64,000 nt of DNA, taken from positions 215 to 64,214 of the forward strand of contig JAKPGJ010000012.1 of assembly GCA_029550965.1 (NCBI GenBank). The letters are read 5' to 3'. The notes beneath the pieces are model-generated. The model made no database searches. It saw only the letters and a program-made list of their open reading frames with translations, and was not told the DNA's origin. A program made the translations under genes and the position numbers. Each line of letters starts with the position of its first letter. Position 1 is the stretch's first letter. This DNA comes from Bacillota bacterium. GTDB lineage: Bacteria > Bacillota > Clostridia > Oscillospirales > CAG-382. Positions 8,367-18,530 of the stretch are shown in pieces.

Positions 8367-9686
8367 ATGCGAAAGTTTATCTTTTTACTTCTAACCGCTG
8401 CAATCATATTGCTGAACACAGGCTGCGCGGCTTCGTCCTCCGCCGATTCGGAGGTTTCGGCGGGCGTTTCAGAAGACGCCGTATCGAACGATACGACCAA
8501 GCCTGTTATCAAAATCAAATCGTCGGAGACGAAAGTCAGTATTCTTCAAGGGGAAGAATATGATTTGATGGCCGGGGTTACGGGCTCGGACAATAAAGAC
8601 GGCGATATTACAGATCAGATTCAGGTTGACAAAGGAGGTTTTGACCCGGCTGTACCCGGTGAATATATGATTACTTATACCTTATCGGATTCCGCAGGCA
8701 ATCAGGCAAACCCGGTTCAAAGAAAAATCATCGTTCGGAACGCGACCGTGCTGGCTGCGCCGCCCGTCTATACGGGTACGATCGAGGGAGAAGTTTTGAA
8801 CCCCGAAAATCCTGCCGTGTTCGGCGGCGCCTGGTATCATAAAGTGGTTTCTTCCAAAGATAAATGGATCGGCATCGAGGGCGTCGTCACCCTGCCCGAA
8901 GTAAAAATCACCCGTTATGACGGCAGCTACAACACCGAGCTGGACTTTGACCCGTACGCGAAAAACCTCGACAACCCGTCGGTATATATGGGCGGACATG
9001 CATTGAGCGAGTCGGACGTAGGGCTGTCCTTCTCGAAAGCGTTAATTGATGTCGAGAACCAGAAATTAAGCACGGGCAGCATCTGCTTCAGACCGTTCTG
9101 GCGCTATATTACGTCCGAGGACAAGGATGAGGGCGGCTACGACGCGCACGACGGCGAATACGCCGTAACCGCAAACGGCAACAACTGCATTGCCAACTAC
9201 CACTGGCGCTACACCGAGTATTACTATCTGCCCGGCGACAAGCTGCGCATGATTATTTATATCCCGGCGCCGAACAAGATGCAGCTTCAGATTGAAGTGC
9301 TGGAAAAATCCACGCTTCCCAGCTCGGTCGAGATGCGCAAGAAGTACGGCTGGAAAGACCCGGCGAACTTTGTCAGCCCCGTTTTCACGTCGCCCGGACA
9401 CGGCACCGGCATGAACGCGGAGTTCAAGCGCGTCAACGCGATTGACCAGTCCGGAAACGAAGGAAAAACCGCGATTGCTACACAGACTGAAATTAAGAAC
9501 GCCATTTGGCAGGAAACCTATCTGTACCGCGAGATCAACGGTACTGTTTACCGCGTCCCGATGGGAGATAACCGCCGCGGCGTGACAAGCGCGCCCGACC
9601 CGACGAAGTTTACGGTCACCTACGAAGGCGTTGACCGGAACTTGGGCGGCGAAGTCGTCACCATTCACCCGGGATATTCGCGTTAA
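8367..9686 (+). CDS. Secreted lipoprotein with an N-terminal bacterial Ig-like (DUF5011/HYR-like) domain and a ~300-aa C-terminal domain of unknown function
   Basis: Signal peptide with lipobox LLNTGC. The segment KPVIKIKSS...GEEYDLMAGVTGSDNKDGDITDQIQVD...PGEYMITYTLSDSAGNQA is typical of Ig-like surface domains. Confidence 0.7.
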   Translation: MRKFIFLLLTAAIILLNTGCAASSSADSEVSAGVSEDAVSNDTTKPVIKIKSSETKVSILQGEEYDLMAGVTGSDNKDGDITDQIQVDKGGFDPAVPGEYMITYTLSDSAGNQANPVQRKIIVRNATVLAAPPVYTGTIEGEVLNPENPAVFGGAWYHKVVSSKDKWIGIEGVVTLPEVKITRYDGSYNTELDFDPYAKNLDNPSVYMGGHALSESDVGLSFSKALIDVENQKLSTGSICFRPFWRYITSEDKDEGGYDAHDGEYAVTANGNNCIANYHWRYTEYYYLPGDKLRMIIYIPAPNKMQLQIEVLEKSTLPSSVEMRKKYGWKDPANFVSPVFTSPGHGTGMNAEFKRVNAIDQSGNEGKTAIATQTEIKNAIWQETYLYREINGTVYRVPMGDNRRGVTSAPDPTKFTVTYEGVDRNLGGEVVTIHPGYSR

Positions 9687-9743
9687 TCGTATAAGCCCCT
9701 GTCATTTGCAGGGGTTTTACTTCATCATAAAGGAGAATTTAAA

Positions 9744-10232
9744 ATGGTCATTGTGTATGCGTCCAAAACGGGATTTACCAAAAAGTACGCCGAGATGCTG
9801 TCGGCGAAAACCGGAATGAAGGCTTACAGCGTAAACGAGCTGACAGGTATAAGTCCTGACGAGGAGATTGTTTTTCTGGGCTGGATAAAAGTAGGGAAGA
9901 TTCAGGGGCTGAACAAAGTCCGCAATCTCAAACTTAAAGCCGTCTGCGCTACGGGCACCGCGCGGACCGCCGAACCGAGCGAAGAAGCGGTCAAAACCCG
10001 GAACAAAATCGAAGATATCCCCTTCTTTTATCTGCGCGGCGGATGCCTGCCGCTAAAAGAAATGCCGTTTTGGGACAGGGTGATGCTGTCTATGTTCGTC
10101 AGGGTGTTAAAGAGCCGGAAAGACCCGGACGAAGAAACGAAGGAAGCAATCGAGCATATCCAAAATGGTTATAACGGCGTCAAGGAAGAAAATCTCGCGC
10201 CTGTGCTCGAATGGCTGAATAAAAGTGAATAA
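9744..10232 (+). CDS. Flavodoxin-like domain protein
   Basis: N-terminus MVIVYASKTGFTKKYAEML is a flavodoxin-type FMN loop. AAAGGAG RBS is present. Confidence 0.7.
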   Translation: MVIVYASKTGFTKKYAEMLSAKTGMKAYSVNELTGISPDEEIVFLGWIKVGKIQGLNKVRNLKLKAVCATGTARTAEPSEEAVKTRNKIEDIPFFYLRGGCLPLKEMPFWDRVMLSMFVRVLKSRKDPDEETKEAIEHIQNGYNGVKEENLAPVLEWLNKSE

Positions 10233-10307
10233 AATTCTTGAAAAATTCGCCAGTTATGTTACAATAAAAGCATAAAAGACAAGCTGTCAACATGGATCGT
10301 CATCTGG

Positions 10308-10349
10308 TATCGGCATTTTACTGTTTTCGCGGCATGCCGATATTTTTTT
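10308..10349 (+). terminator. Rho-independent terminator after the flavodoxin-like gene
   Basis: TATCGGCAT (10308-10316) pairs with ATGCCGATA (10334-10342), followed by TTTTTTT. Confidence 0.7.
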
Positions 10350-10462
10350 GAGATTTTCTTCGCCGCAAGACGCCGAACATAAACGCGAAGGTTTCGGCGC
10401 ATGATAAAAACAGCGGCAGGCATAAAAAAGCGATCAATGCAAAGGACTCAGGAGAGTTACGT

Positions 10463-11029
10463 TTGAATAAGAATAAATTTAAAATACTGTGGGCGTTGTT
10501 TGTGATTTTCTTCAAGGCGGGCACGTTTACCTTCGCCGGCGGCCTCGCGATGCTCCCGGTAATCGAAAAAGACGTGGTCGAAAAATACAAGCTGATGCCC
10601 AAAGAGGACTTTATGGAATACGCGACGCTCGCGCAGACGCTTCCGGGCGTCATCGCGCTCAACTGCGCGTGCTTTGTGGGCAGGCGCGCCGGCGGGTTTC
10701 TCGGCATGCTGGTCGCGGGGTTCGGCGCTACCTTTTCCGCGTTCGCGCTGATGATCGCGGCGACGGTGCTGCTGCAGTTCGTTCCGCAGGAAGGGCCGGT
10801 TGCCGGCGCTTTCATGGGCATTCGCGCGGCGTCGGCGGCGCTGGTGCTTTCGGCGGCGTTTTCGCTCGGCAGGCACAACCTGAAAAGCAGGTTCGCCGTC
10901 GTCGTGATGCTTGCGGCTTTCGCGCTGGTGCTTTTTGCGAAGGTCAGCGCGCCGCTGGTGGTGCTGGCGGCAGGCGCGGCGGGTTATGTTTATCAGAGAA
11001 TAAAAAGCAAAGGTGAAGTCGCAAAATGA
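10463..11029 (+). CDS. Chromate transporter (CHR) family protein, short single-domain form, first of a pair
   Basis: FFKAGTFTFAGGLAMLPVIEKDVV is the CHR N-terminal signature. TTG start with AGGAGA 6 nt upstream. Confidence 0.85.
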   Translation: MNKNKFKILWALFVIFFKAGTFTFAGGLAMLPVIEKDVVEKYKLMPKEDFMEYATLAQTLPGVIALNCACFVGRRAGGFLGMLVAGFGATFSAFALMIAATVLLQFVPQEGPVAGAFMGIRAASAALVLSAAFSLGRHNLKSRFAVVVMLAAFALVLFAKVSAPLVVLAAGAAGYVYQRIKSKGEVAK

Positions 11030-11601
11030 TTGTAAAGTGCGCCGAGCTGCTGTATTCTTTCTTTAAAATCGGGCTGATGGGTTTCGGCGGCGGCTACTCG
11101 ATGCTCTCCATGATAATTACCGAGTCCGAGAAGTTCTCGATCACCGCGCAGCAGTTCGCGGATTTGAACGCGCTGGACATGATCGTTCCCGGCCCGATTG
11201 CGATAAACGCCGCCACCTATGTCGGGTATTTGTATGCCGGCTTTTGGGGCGCTTTGGCGGCTACGGTCGGCGTTTCTCTGCCGTCGATTATCATTATCAC
11301 GCTCGTAATGCGGTTTATTGAAAAATATAAGGAAAACAAGTTTATGAACAGCTTTTTGTCGGGCGTAAAGCCGGCCGCGGTCGGGCTCATCGCCGCCGCG
11401 TCGCTCACCATCGCTTCCGGCGTTCTTTTGCAGCCGGGAGCGCAGCTTGCAACGCTGTTTTCCGATTTCTTCGGCACTGTGTCCGTATTTCTTGTCGCCG
11501 TTTTTGCCGTCACTGCGGTGTGCAATATAAAATTCAACATCAATCCGATTCTCTTAACGCTGCTTGCAGGCGCGGCGGGCGCGATATGGTATATGTTATA
11601 A
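11026..11601 (+). CDS. Chromate transporter (CHR) family protein, short single-domain form, second of a pair
   Basis: FFKIGLMGFGGGYSMLSMI signature. 4-nt ATGA overlap with the upstream CHR gene. Confidence 0.85.
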   Translation: MIVKCAELLYSFFKIGLMGFGGGYSMLSMIITESEKFSITAQQFADLNALDMIVPGPIAINAATYVGYLYAGFWGALAATVGVSLPSIIIITLVMRFIEKYKENKFMNSFLSGVKPAAVGLIAAASLTIASGVLLQPGAQLATLFSDFFGTVSVFLVAVFAVTAVCNIKFNINPILLTLLAGAAGAIWYML

Positions 11602-11613
11602 GAAGTCAGCAAT

Positions 11614-13086
11614 TTGCCGATATATAATAATATATTAATTGAACGGGTGAGGGATTTGATAAACTCGGATCACAAAGCTTCCGTATATGAACTGCCGGAA
11701 AAAAAGAATACTTTTCCGATTGACGCAGTCATTAAAGCCGAAGTGTCCGACGACTTTCTGACAGCCTGGCTTATAATCGAACCGCCTGTGAACGGCGGCG
11801 CGCCGCCTACGCTGGAAGCGTTGCGGAAAGCGCTGGCCGGCAAGCGGATTGTTTACGGCATCAATGAAAAAAAGCTGCTGGACCTGGTCAAAAACCCTGT
11901 TTATAATCAAAGAATCGAAATCGCGCGCGGCGTTGCGGAAGTAAACGGCGTGGACGCCGCGTATGAGCTGAAGTTTAATCCGATCAAAGACTTAAAGCCG
12001 AAAGTGCGCGAGGACGGAACCATTGATTACCAATGCCTGGATATTGTCGAGAATGTTGTCAAAGACCAGCTGTTGTGCACGATAACGCCTGAAACGCCGG
12101 GTACGGAGGGCATGACGGTGACCGGAGTCAAGCTGTATCCGAAGCGGGGAAAACCCGCGCCGATTCTTTTGGGCAACAATACATATTTCAATAAGGACAA
12201 CACCGAGATACGTTCCCTCATCGACGGTCATGTCGAATTTATCAACGGCAGGATCACCGTAAGCGACACTTTTTATGTCAAAAACAACGTGGACCATTCC
12301 ACCGGTAACCTTAACGTGAACGGGAACATCATCGTCCGGGGGAACGTGAAGACCGGTTTTTCCGTCGAAGCGAAAGGCAACATCGAAGTTTTAGGCACGG
12401 TTGAAAACGCAAAACTGAAAGCCGGCGGCAACATCACGCTCCGCAGGGGAACCAACGGCAGCGAAGTGTTTTGCGGCGGCAACTTTAACGGCCGGTTTAT
12501 CGAGAATTCCAACGTAATCATAAAGGGTTCGGCAAGAACCGAGTATATCATGGACAGCGACGTCCGCTGCGGAAAAAATCTGGAAATCGTGGGAAGCTAC
12601 GCCAGGTTTTACGGCGGCAGTCTGGTTGTGGGCGGAGATTTTACCTGCCCCATCATCGGTTCGCCGTCCGGCATAAAGACGATCATCGAAGTCGGAACCG
12701 ACTCGTCCATTTTGGAAAGACAGCAGGAGATTGAGAATAATCTGCCGAAACTGCAAAAGCAGCTGCAGAGCCTGAGACTGCTGATTTCGCTGCTCATGCA
12801 GTATCAGGAAGCGGGCCGTCTTGACGATGAAAAAAGGGAGCGGCTGGAAAACGCGCTGTATAATTACAGTATGGTGGAGTCCCTGTATGAAAGCGAAAGC
12901 AGGGAACTGGAACAAATCCATGAAAAGATTCGGGTAAAAGGATACGGAAGAATTAAATGCGCGCGTACGATTTACCCGGGCACGGTGATAAAAATCGGAC
13001 CGGCCGCCATCACGATTACGGAGCCGCTTCACAACGTCGTGCTGTATTTATCGGACGGCATGATTCATCAGTATCCGATGTATTAA
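11614..13086 (+). CDS. DUF342 (FapA-like) domain protein
   Basis: Beta-helix-like repeats NLNVNGNIIVRGNVKTGFSVEAKGNIEVLGTVENAKLKAGGNITLRRG and a C-terminal coiled coil are typical of DUF342. The start codon (TTG 11614) is uncertain. Confidence 0.7.
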   Translation: MPIYNNILIERVRDLINSDHKASVYELPEKKNTFPIDAVIKAEVSDDFLTAWLIIEPPVNGGAPPTLEALRKALAGKRIVYGINEKKLLDLVKNPVYNQRIEIARGVAEVNGVDAAYELKFNPIKDLKPKVREDGTIDYQCLDIVENVVKDQLLCTITPETPGTEGMTVTGVKLYPKRGKPAPILLGNNTYFNKDNTEIRSLIDGHVEFINGRITVSDTFYVKNNVDHSTGNLNVNGNIIVRGNVKTGFSVEAKGNIEVLGTVENAKLKAGGNITLRRGTNGSEVFCGGNFNGRFIENSNVIIKGSARTEYIMDSDVRCGKNLEIVGSYARFYGGSLVVGGDFTCPIIGSPSGIKTIIEVGTDSSILERQQEIENNLPKLQKQLQSLRLLISLLMQYQEAGRLDDEKRERLENALYNYSMVESLYESESRELEQIHEKIRVKGYGRIKCARTIYPGTVIKIGPAAITITEPLHNVVLYLSDGMIHQYPMY

Positions 13087-13108
13087 ACTAAAAGAGGTAA
13101 AACGCAAA

Positions 13109-14116
13109 TTGAACACAGTAGTTTTGGGCAGAACCGGCATTCAGGCAAATAAGAACGGCTTCGGCGCACTGCCGATTCAACGAATAAGCCGTGACGAAGC
13201 GGACTATCTGCTGAAAAAAGCGTACGACTGCGGCGTCAATTTTTTCGATACCGCGCGGTTTTATACCGACAGCGAGGAAAAAATCGGGTTCGCGCTCAGC
13301 GGCGTGCGGGACAGGATATTCATCGCGACCAAATCAATGGCGGCAAAGCCGGACGAGCTTTGGAAAGAGCTGAAAACTTCGCTTGAAAACCTAAAGACCG
13401 ACTATATCGACGTCTATCAGTTCCATAACCCCAAGTTTTGTCCCAAACCCGGCGACGGAACCGGGCTGTACGAGGTCATGCTCGAAGCGAAGGAAAAAGG
13501 CATGATTCGGCATATCGGCATCACCAATCACCGCTTGAAAATAGCGGTCGAAGCGGTCGAATCCGGCTTATACGAAACCGTACAGTTCCCGTTCAGTTAC
13601 CTTTCGACCGAAGAAGAGCGGGATCTGGTTCGGCTGTGCGCGGAAAAAAACGTCGGCTTTATCGCGATGAAGGCGTTGTCCGGCGGTCTGATTACCAATT
13701 CGGCGGCGGCTTTTGCCTACCTTGCGCAGTTTGACAACGTGCTGCCGATTTGGGGCATACAGCGGGAAAAAGAACTCGACGAATTTTTATCGTTCATGCA
13801 GAACCCGCCGGTTTTGGACGAAAAACTGAAAGCCGTCATCGAAAAAGACCGCGCCGAACTGATGGGCGAGTTCTGCAGGGGCTGCGGCTACTGCCTGCCC
13901 TGCCCGGCGGAAATCGAGATTCCGACCGCCGCGCGGATGTCGCTGATGATCCGGCGCGCTCCGGTTTCGGTGTATATCAACGAAGAATGGATTGCGAAAA
14001 TGAAAAAAATCGACAACTGCATTCGCTGCAATCACTGCAAGGAGCATTGTCCTTACGGGCTGGACACACCGGAACTGTTAAGAAAGAACTGGCTTGACTA
14101 TCAACAGTTTATATAA
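13109..14116 (+). CDS. Aldo/keto reductase with a C-terminal 4Fe-4S ferredoxin-type domain
   Basis: AKR-like N-terminus (LGRTGIQANKNGFGALP, DTARFYTDSE) plus CRGCGYCLPCP and CIRCNHCKEHCP cysteine motifs. Confidence 0.8.
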   Translation: MNTVVLGRTGIQANKNGFGALPIQRISRDEADYLLKKAYDCGVNFFDTARFYTDSEEKIGFALSGVRDRIFIATKSMAAKPDELWKELKTSLENLKTDYIDVYQFHNPKFCPKPGDGTGLYEVMLEAKEKGMIRHIGITNHRLKIAVEAVESGLYETVQFPFSYLSTEEERDLVRLCAEKNVGFIAMKALSGGLITNSAAAFAYLAQFDNVLPIWGIQREKELDEFLSFMQNPPVLDEKLKAVIEKDRAELMGEFCRGCGYCLPCPAEIEIPTAARMSLMIRRAPVSVYINEEWIAKMKKIDNCIRCNHCKEHCPYGLDTPELLRKNWLDYQQFI

Positions 14117-14184
14117 AACCCGAACTATACTTAAAACTCGACAATATTCGACTATATACTATTAAAAAAATAGGAGATGATTAT

Positions 14185-14367
14185 ATGACGGATTTTATTA
14201 CTTTAATAGTAATTGCTATCATTTATTATGTTTCCAAGAAATTTTTTAAGTCTTATAAAGACTTGAAAGATGAAGCGTCTCGTGATTTTTTCCTGGGCAA
14301 AATAAGCTACGAAGAATACTACAAAATATGGGAAAAGTATTTTGATCACAGAATGAAATTCAAGTAA
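14185..14367 (+). CDS. Small (60-aa) single-pass membrane protein of unknown function, in an AT-rich islet
   Basis: TAGGAGA RBS lies 7 nt upstream of the ATG. N-terminal TM helix FITLIVIAIIYYV followed by a Lys/Glu/Tyr-rich tail. Confidence 0.45.
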   Translation: MTDFITLIVIAIIYYVSKKFFKSYKDLKDEASRDFFLGKISYEEYYKIWEKYFDHRMKFK

Positions 14368-14479
14368 AGGAATAAATTCTTTGTATCGACATTCATTTTG
14401 TAGTTCGTAAATACCGAATTGCAAAATGATACCTTACCAAGAATTTAATTTATAAGGTTTTTAGAAAGGCAGCAAGACT

Positions 14480-15805
<1,326 letters not shown>

Positions 15806-15819
15806 TTTATAAAAAAAAA

Positions 15820-15859
15820 CATCGGCAGGTGCAGTCCGCCCGGCCGATGATTTCTTTTT
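15820..15859 (+). terminator. Rho-independent terminator after the GH4 gene
   Basis: CATCGGC (15820-15826) pairs with GCCGATG (15843-15849), followed by ATTTCTTTTT. Confidence 0.65.
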
Positions 15860-16051
15860 GCCGGCCGCGCACTTGACAAAACGGTTGTTTATATAGTACA
15901 GTTAGTGCATAAAATGGGTGTTGTGCGTCGTTTTTTTTAGTTTTTCGGCTGATTCTGACGCAGGCAAAGTGCAACCCGCGCAGTCAGAAAATTATAAATT
16001 CTTTGCGATGAACGCATCATAACATAAAAACACTCGGGAAGTAGGCAAAAT

Positions 16052-17620
16052 ATGAATTTATCTGTTCTGTTGACCGGAGCTTTAATGGCTCTTTCTTTGC
16101 TTATACTCTTTTTGCTGCTTTTCTTTCACAATACAAAACACATCATTCGCAGCAAGCGTTTGCTGGAACTGCTGCTGATATCGGCGTTGATTTATATTTT
16201 CGGATACGTTCTCGAACTGACGGCAAACGTCGAGTCGCAGAAGATCTTTTACAACCATTTTCAATATATCGGATTGGTTATGATCGCTCCGATCTGGTAT
16301 TTGATTTCCGTACGCTTTTCGCACCTGGAAGGCAAATGGCAAAAGCTAAAACCGCTTCTCTTCGTCATTCCGGTAATCGCGTTAATCGGGAATTTCACCC
16401 ATACTTCCAATCAGTACTTCTATCAATCGCATATCTATTCCATCACCAACAGCGGCTTACACGTCATCCTGTACGAAAAAGGGGTCCTGTATTTCGTCCA
16501 CAACGCGTACCAGTCCGTTTTGGTGGCGCTTTCCGCGCTGAACTATTACAACGTGTATAAAACGGCCTCGGGTATGCGTCGAAAGCAGGCCGCCGTTTTG
16601 CTGGGGCTGAGCATACTCGGCTTCCTGACGGTCGCAAGCTGCCATTTCTCGTACTTTACGAGCAATTTTGACAGCGCGACGCTTTTTATGGGAGCTTCTG
16701 CTTTTATTCTGCTGCTGACGTTGTTCAAATATCGGCTGTTTGACCTGCTTCCGGCCGCGTATATGAAGGTGTTTCAATCGATCGACACGCCGATTCTAAT
16801 TTTGGATGACGCGAAAACCATTATCGAATACAATGCCGCGGCGGTAAATGTGTTCGGAAACAGTCTGAGAAAGTTCAGGAAAGTATCCGAAGCGTTTGCA
16901 GACGATACGGAACTGCTGAACGCTCTCGACAACAATCAAAGCTGTATTATCAACCGGACAGTGGACGGCAGGCAGATGTATTTTTCCACGAAACTGATAA
17001 AGCTGGATAAAAAGATTAAGGAATACACCAATGAATATGGCTATCTTTTGACCTTCGCGAACGAAACCGAGCATGTCAACAAAGTCCTCATGCTCGAGAA
17101 CGCGGCTTTTATCGACCCGCTGACGGAAGTTTACAACCGCAGGTACTTCTTTGAAAAAGCCAGTCAGGCGATCGAAGACGCGAAAAAAGGCGAATCCGAG
17201 TTTTCGCTGATTATGCTTGATATCGACCGGTTCAAAAGCGTCAACGACACGTTCGGGCATGTATGCGGCGATTTCGTGCTGAAAAAGGTTTGCGCCGTGA
17301 TGCAGGAGCACATCACCAGCGCGGACATGGCGGCGCGTTTCGGCGGGGAGGAGTTTATCATGCTGCTGCGCGGCGCTGATTTCGACCAGGCGACGGAGAC
17401 CGCCGAGCGGATATGCCGCGGCATCCGCGAGCAGAAGATTTTGTACGAGGAAGAAACCATCGCGGTTTCGGTCAGCGTCGGCGTGTTCACGCCCGAATTT
17501 CCGCTGCCCGCCTTCGCCACGCTGGACAAGCTGATCGCCGCCGTTGACAATTGCCTGTACAACGCCAAAAAGGAAGGCGGCGACCGTGTTTACGGCGCAA
17601 ACGGAGCGGTCCATGTTTGA
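16052..17620 (+). CDS. Diguanylate cyclase (GGDEF) with an N-terminal 7TM sensor-like domain
   Basis: About 230 aa of polytopic membrane region, a linker, then a GGDEF domain (DIDRFKSVNDTFGH, RFGGEEFIMLL). Confidence 0.88.
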   Translation: MNLSVLLTGALMALSLLILFLLLFFHNTKHIIRSKRLLELLLISALIYIFGYVLELTANVESQKIFYNHFQYIGLVMIAPIWYLISVRFSHLEGKWQKLKPLLFVIPVIALIGNFTHTSNQYFYQSHIYSITNSGLHVILYEKGVLYFVHNAYQSVLVALSALNYYNVYKTASGMRRKQAAVLLGLSILGFLTVASCHFSYFTSNFDSATLFMGASAFILLLTLFKYRLFDLLPAAYMKVFQSIDTPILILDDAKTIIEYNAAAVNVFGNSLRKFRKVSEAFADDTELLNALDNNQSCIINRTVDGRQMYFSTKLIKLDKKIKEYTNEYGYLLTFANETEHVNKVLMLENAAFIDPLTEVYNRRYFFEKASQAIEDAKKGESEFSLIMLDIDRFKSVNDTFGHVCGDFVLKKVCAVMQEHITSADMAARFGGEEFIMLLRGADFDQATETAERICRGIREQKILYEEETIAVSVSVGVFTPEFPLPAFATLDKLIAAVDNCLYNAKKEGGDRVYGANGAVHV

Positions 17621-18506
17621 GTACGCTTCCTGCAGCCTATGTCCGCGGGAATGCGGAGCGGACAGGCGGACCCGCTTTGGATTCTGCCGCTGCGGCGACC
17701 AGATAAAGGTTGCCCGCGCCGCCCTGCATTTCTGGGAGGAACCCTGCGTCAGCGGAAAGAACGGCAGCGGCACGGTTTTTTTCAGCGGCTGCACGCTCAG
17801 GTGCCGCTACTGCCAGAATTACCAAATCAGCAGCGGCTGTTTTGGAAAAGAGATAAGCGCGGACCGGCTCGCGCAAATCTTCCTCGAACTGCAGAACCAA
17901 GGCGCGCACAACATCAATCTGGTAACGCCCACACAGTACCTGCCGGGCATACTGACGGCTTTGGACGCCGTAAAGGGAAAGCTGCGCATCCCGGTCGTTT
18001 ACAACTGCGGCGGGTATGAAAAAGTCGAAACCGTAAAACTGCTTAAAGACTACGTCGATATATTTCTGCCCGATATTAAGTATTACGACAGCGCGCTGTC
18101 GCGGGAATTCTCCGGCGCGGCGGATTATTTTGCGGTCGCTTCCGCGGCTGTCCGGCAGATGATTACCCAGACCGGCGGACCGGTCCTGGATCAGGACGGC
18201 ATCCTGCGGAGAGGGGTCCTGATCCGCCATATGGTGCTTCCGGGCTGCAGAGAGGACTCGATCCGCATTCTGCGCTGGATAAAGGAAAACCTGCCGGCGG
18301 GAGAGTACCTGCTCAGCCTGATGAGCCAGTACACGCCGGCGTTCGAGGGCTTAAAGCATAAAGAGCTTCGCCGCCGGGTGACCAGCTTTGAGTATAACGC
18401 CGTCGTACGGGAAGCGGTTCGGCTGGGCTTGACGGCGGGCTTTATGCAGGAGCGGAGCAGCGCGAAGGCGGAGTACACGCCCCCGTTTGATCTTGCGGGC
18501 GTATAA
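17613..18506 (+). CDS. Radical SAM protein (PflX / pyruvate formate-lyase activase-like, COG1313 type)
   Basis: N-terminal Cys cluster CSLCPRECGADR..FCRCG and the radical SAM motif GCTLRCRYCQN. ATG 17613 overlaps the GGDEF stop (ATGTTTGA). The track ORF extends to 17544. Confidence 0.8.
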   Translation: MFEYASCSLCPRECGADRRTRFGFCRCGDQIKVARAALHFWEEPCVSGKNGSGTVFFSGCTLRCRYCQNYQISSGCFGKEISADRLAQIFLELQNQGAHNINLVTPTQYLPGILTALDAVKGKLRIPVVYNCGGYEKVETVKLLKDYVDIFLPDIKYYDSALSREFSGAADYFAVASAAVRQMITQTGGPVLDQDGILRRGVLIRHMVLPGCREDSIRILRWIKENLPAGEYLLSLMSQYTPAFEGLKHKELRRRVTSFEYNAVVREAVRLGLTAGFMQERSSAKAEYTPPFDLAGV

Positions 18507-18530
18507 TTTTATAAAAAACAGGTGAAAACA

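Noticed and set aside
10318-11016. ORFs 10318-10878 (-), 10457-10876 (-) and 10489-11016 (+) overlapping the first CHR gene
   Set aside because: They are alternative-frame or antisense readings of a GC-rich membrane-protein gene. Only the frame starting at 10463 carries the CHR signature and an RBS.
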